Source of the DNA: an archaeon
GTDB lineage: Archaea; EX4484-52; B79-G9
Direction: 5' to 3'
Assembly: GCA_043813875.1 (NCBI GenBank)
Contig: JBDRKP010000002.1
Span: forward strand, 1-17,460
DNA length: 17,460 nt
Shown: piece after piece, positions 14,801 through 17,460 of the stretch
Layout of the letters: every line of letters starts with the position of its first letter
Numbering within the stretch: the stretch's first letter is position 1
Notes under the pieces: generated by a model
The model's input: only the letters and a program-made list of their open reading frames with translations
The model's database searches: none
Told to the model about the DNA's origin: nothing
Position numbers and translations under genes: made by a program

Positions 14801-17145
14801 CTAATCTTACTGCATCAAACCTGATTTTCAATAAAAGCGTGAAGACCAATATCAGTGTTGAGTTCACTGATAATCTGGCTGTGAATACTACGTCTTATCT
14901 GGTCTATGATTCTTCCGGCAATTATGTGTGCGATTCAGGTTGTTTTATGTTGGTGGATAAAAATGTCTCGTCTACATCCGCAAATATCACATCCCAGTGG
15001 AACAGTATTTTTTATGTCTTCAATTCGACTGCGAGGGCGCCTGTGAAAGTCTATCCTTCGGGGGCGTCAGACGGATTTTTCTTTGGCACAATCGATGAGG
15101 ACGGGAATTCCACCAGTAACAATTCGGCCAGAGTCAGGGTGTTTGTTTTTGATGTCATGAATTCTCCCGATAGCTATCTCCTGGAGAACGCAAGCAACAC
15201 TTCGCAGGTGTTTAATTATACGCCGGGGGTGAGCACGTTCACGACTGATGCGCCGACGGGGGAAAACAAGACTGTTGTGATGGATTCAATTTTCAATGTG
15301 AGCAATGAGCTGATTATCGGCCAATATTATATCAATGTCACGGCCTATGATAATGCGAGCAACTATGCCACGAATACGACCTCTCTTTTGAATGTGACAT
15401 GCACGGAAGCATGGGTATACTCTGACTGGAGTGCCTGCTCTTCAGGCATCCAGACAAGGACTGCAATCGATGTGAACAATTGCGGGACTACGACATATAG
15501 GGCGGTTCTTAGCCAGTCCTGCTCAACTGGTGGCGGCTCATCGTCTGGCGGAGGATCGCCGAGCGGTGCTGTTGTTTTTGTCCCGACTGTGAGTGGATGC
15601 GTGAACAATACCGGCTGTATGGGAGGGCAGTTGTGTGAGGAATCAGAGTGCGTCGATGTCTTGTGCGGATACTGCGAGTATGCGAAAGACCATGCGTGCA
15701 GGAAATACGAGTGCTGCGCGGATACTGAGTGTGCTCTGGGTCTCTCGTGCAGGGATAATAAGTGTGTCGTGAAAGACGAAGGGAATCCCGATGGTGCTGA
15801 TAATATCAAAGAAGATGCATGGAGGGCGATTGAGAGCGCACGAGATGCGATAAGCCGCAATAAAGACATAAAAAATACATCTGTAGCAGAAGGGGTTTTA
15901 AAGGAAGCGGAATCGGCGTATGAAGACGAGGATTATGATACTGCAAAAGAGAGCGCAATACGGGCGAGTCAACTTGTTCTAGAGGCGCTTCCATGGGAGA
16001 CGGAACCTACATTGCGGGGCTATCTGAATCCGGCATACTGCGCAATCGTGCTCTTGATCCTTGTCATTGTGGCTGTATTCTTAAAAAGACGCGACATCAT
16101 GCTTTTTGTATCCGGAAAGGGGGCAAGACTGCATAAGATCGAGGAGATCGAGCATTATATAGAGACAATCATGCCGATCATCCGGAAAATGAATGATGAG
16201 GCATCGGTCTATGAAACGAAACTTTCAGGGTTCTCTTTGATCGGCGCAAAGAAAGATGCGGCCAAAAGGATGCTTGATGAAGGCAATGAGAAGGCTGATG
16301 AGGAGATCCAGAGGATAGTGGATATGCTGGCTGATCTTAGGGATAATGATGATGGTGGCAATACAGGGGACGAGAGAAAGTTCAACCTGCATAGGATTGA
16401 GGAGATAGAGAAGTATATACAAGAGATTAAACCGATTATCAGGGAGATGAAAAGAAGAGCACTGATCGATGCGAGGAATGCATCTCTTGTCCCTTTGATC
16501 GAAGCAGAAAAAAATGAGGCCAGAAGGATGGCTGAGGCGGACAATAAAGGGACGAATGAGAAGATCCGCGGGATCGTGGACAGGATTGTCGCCCTGAAGG
16601 CGAGGACTGCAAGAGGCATGCAGGATGAGAGGGAGTTCAACCTGCAAAGGATAGAGGAGATAGAGCAGTATATAGAGCATATCACGCCGATCATCAGGAA
16701 GATGAAGGAGAGGGCAGCGGTATATGAGAAGTGCCATTCAAGCCTTTCCCTGATCGAGACAAAAAGGATGATGGGCAAAAATAATAAAAGGACTGATGAG
16801 GAGATACAGAAGATTGTGGATATCCTTGCCAGCCTGAAGGCTGAGACTGATGAACTTAACCGGACTGATGACGAATTGGCTAGCTATCATAAGATCGAGG
16901 AGATCGAGCAATATATTGAACAGATCAGGCCGATCATCACGGAACTGAGAAAATTGGGATATATCGATGACAAGAAGGTGCATGAGCTTTCTTTGATCGA
17001 AGGGAAGAAGAGGTATGCAGAAAAGCTTTTGAGGGAGAAGAGCCCGTTCGCCGAGGCGCAGATCGATGTTACTGTCGATGCGCTTGCTGATTTCAAGAAG
17101 GAGATCGAGTGGCATATTGACGCGCACAAGTATGAGCATGTATGA
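11851..17145 (+). CDS. Large single-pass cell-surface glycoprotein: signal peptide, LamG domain, parallel beta-helix (NosD/CASH-like), Ig-like modules, Cys-rich modules, TM helix and repeated cytoplasmic tail
   Basis: Hydrophobic N-terminus; LamG motifs LVGWWRFN, FDGVDDYV, WHHVIGVW, IYVDG and IDEVRIWNRALS (about 12382-13053); 25-aa NNTITTSG repeats; many N-x-S/T sequons; TM AYCAIVLLILVIVAVFL followed by KRR (about 16033-16092). The TTG start after GGGG is uncertain. Confidence 0.88.
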   Translation: MRLLIIRNINVCFVCLFAIVFAATYTIASSYHDALSHHTVWLVSPVNDSYTNQNNDSILFTFNHTGYLLGVVNCTLFLDGSSVNYTTGVPADTNTGVYSNVSINEGARYWWINCTNGTVSESSLDAGGNFTLNVDWTLPFIGFVDPTPDDGNMTTSNWAYINGTISDSGSPDNLTAFIDWNRSLVGWWRFNLESGENDTFVRDWSSYGNNGTILKTNPGIDNCTGNCSGWTTNGKFGYAMRFDGVDDYVDAGNGASFGNMGAMTVEVWFKTITLGAVVGRLNSTWITAPNGDFNLQVGNVIYFQLRMGGSTRTANTANLGLDDDVWHHVIGVWNNDNLYIYVDGGLKTGPVAASGAFNVSTNKIFIGKREASTSELPYNGSIDEVRIWNRALSEEEINASYNTGIYRLYHNFTNLTEGTYTYTAYAQDLAGNVNQTETRTITIDLPPYSVNICQDLTIENGVYILTGNVSSAGTCFTIKADNITLDGGGYWITYSQSEYTTGYAINNSDGYDNITIKNSNIVQDSTSLNDYAIYFSGLTNGTIQNNTITTSGINAYGVRLVSSSDSSIANNTITTSGINGAGVFLALSSSSSIANNTISISGDSGYGVRLASSSSSSIANNTIITLGINGVGVYLDSSSNSNIANNTITTLNTSGYGVELYDYSNYNAIANNIITTSGSGGDGVFLYTSSNSNITNNTITTSGSGGDGVWFYGSNTNTLLNNIISTSNTTAYGVYILSSSSNNITGGSVIAKNSYDYYWEDAGTTSNVTNTNFTALRQIYFADATSWFNYRNDSSNNIWLKTNVSAAGSINRTLINWNNALMLWNDTNSTADVDTRYNITGLLADTIYHVYNTSGGIQTKSYALTTDANGILPSFTIELRGKTKIKVQEGKHIITILSPLNKTYNTNTVWFNVTSDDDGSWCGYSLDGAANVSMANDTTTLFFDQNDSMADGSHYCEISCNDTLGNMNISIAYFAVDTEPPIITNLTASNLIFNKSVKTNISVEFTDNLAVNTTSYLVYDSSGNYVCDSGCFMLVDKNVSSTSANITSQWNSIFYVFNSTARAPVKVYPSGASDGFFFGTIDEDGNSTSNNSARVRVFVFDVMNSPDSYLLENASNTSQVFNYTPGVSTFTTDAPTGENKTVVMDSIFNVSNELIIGQYYINVTAYDNASNYATNTTSLLNVTCTEAWVYSDWSACSSGIQTRTAIDVNNCGTTTYRAVLSQSCSTGGGSSSGGGSPSGAVVFVPTVSGCVNNTGCMGGQLCEESECVDVLCGYCEYAKDHACRKYECCADTECALGLSCRDNKCVVKDEGNPDGADNIKEDAWRAIESARDAISRNKDIKNTSVAEGVLKEAESAYEDEDYDTAKESAIRASQLVLEALPWETEPTLRGYLNPAYCAIVLLILVIVAVFLKRRDIMLFVSGKGARLHKIEEIEHYIETIMPIIRKMNDEASVYETKLSGFSLIGAKKDAAKRMLDEGNEKADEEIQRIVDMLADLRDNDDGGNTGDERKFNLHRIEEIEKYIQEIKPIIREMKRRALIDARNASLVPLIEAEKNEARRMAEADNKGTNEKIRGIVDRIVALKARTARGMQDEREFNLQRIEEIEQYIEHITPIIRKMKERAAVYEKCHSSLSLIETKRMMGKNNKRTDEEIQKIVDILASLKAETDELNRTDDELASYHKIEEIEQYIEQIRPIITELRKLGYIDDKKVHELSLIEGKKRYAEKLLREKSPFAEAQIDVTVDALADFKKEIEWHIDAHKYEHV
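13483..14085 (+). repeat. Intragenic 75-bp (25-aa) tandem repeat, about 8 beta-helix rungs
   Basis: Units start at 13483, 13558, 13633, 13708, 13783, 13861 (one 78-bp unit), 13936 and 14011; TCAAGCATCGCGAACAACACAAT is identical at the first three junctions. Confidence 0.92.
16129..17100 (+). repeat. Four 81-86-aa repeats in the predicted cytoplasmic tail
   Basis: The motif (L/Y)(H/Q)(K/R)IEEIExYIxxIxPII starts at 16129, 16387, 16642 and 16885 (periods 258, 255 and 243 bp). Confidence 0.92.
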
Positions 17146-17196
17146 AGTCAAACGGCCGCCCCAAAGAATATTAATGTTGAATCACAATAACATCTT

Positions 17197-17460
17197 ATGT
17201 TTTCTTTTTCAACGCAAAAGGATCTAGTGGATACTGTCAGTAACGGGCTTCTTGTGCACGGGTTTGAGTCCAGGTGTTTTGAGCGCTCCTGTCTTGACAT
17301 ACTCGCGAAGAACGATAAACATCTTCTTGCGCTGAAGCTATTGCATAATGTCGACAGTTTCAGCTATGAGCAGGCGATTGATCTCAAGAAGGTCACTCTG
17401 AAAATGAATGCTTCACCTATGCTTCTTGGGTGTGTCGGGAGAAATTTCACGCTGAAGGAA
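17197..17460 (+). CDS. Archaeal HTH-type transcriptional regulator (COG1395-like), N-terminal part, truncated by the window end
   Basis: Not in the ORF track. Open to the end: MFSFSTQKDLVDTVSNGLLVHGFESRCFERSCLDILAKNDKHLLALKLLHNVDSFSYEQAIDLKKVTLKMNASPMLLG..., matching the family pattern SCxDIxA...LxxKxLxNxDS...A.xLK...ASPxxxG; TATA-like ATATTAAT about 29 nt upstream. Confidence 0.75.
   Translation, partial: MFSFSTQKDLVDTVSNGLLVHGFESRCFERSCLDILAKNDKHLLALKLLHNVDSFSYEQAIDLKKVTLKMNASPMLLGCVGRNFTLKE

Overview
Archaeal chromosomal window, inferred from COG2522- and COG1395-type HTH regulators, GGTGA ribosome-binding sites, TATA boxes about 25-30 nt before start codons and a sequon-rich surface protein; the lineage is not determinable, though the surface-protein style recalls DPANN/Altiarchaeota-like genomes. 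In order: (1) a PmtA-like SAM methyltransferase; (2) a compositionally distinct AlbA_2/Schlafen-HATPase-wHTH gene ending in a 5x AATCCCGC array; (3) a bacterial-type polyamine cluster with PLP arginine decarboxylase speA divergent from agmatinase speB plus a deoxyhypusine-synthase-like gene, separated by a spacer with two concentric inverted repeats; (4) a cluster of Cys-rich HTH regulator, iscS, iscU, nadA, ttuA and a THUMP-less ThiI-like thiouridylase, preceded by two operator-like palindromes around a TATA box; (5) a 1764-aa single-pass surface protein (LamG, beta-helix, Ig-like, Cys-rich) with four unrecognised 81-86-aa cytoplasmic repeats; (6) the 5' part of a COG1395-type regulator. No rRNA, tRNA, CRISPR array, transposase or integrase was seen. 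All family calls come from motif recognition, not database searches.
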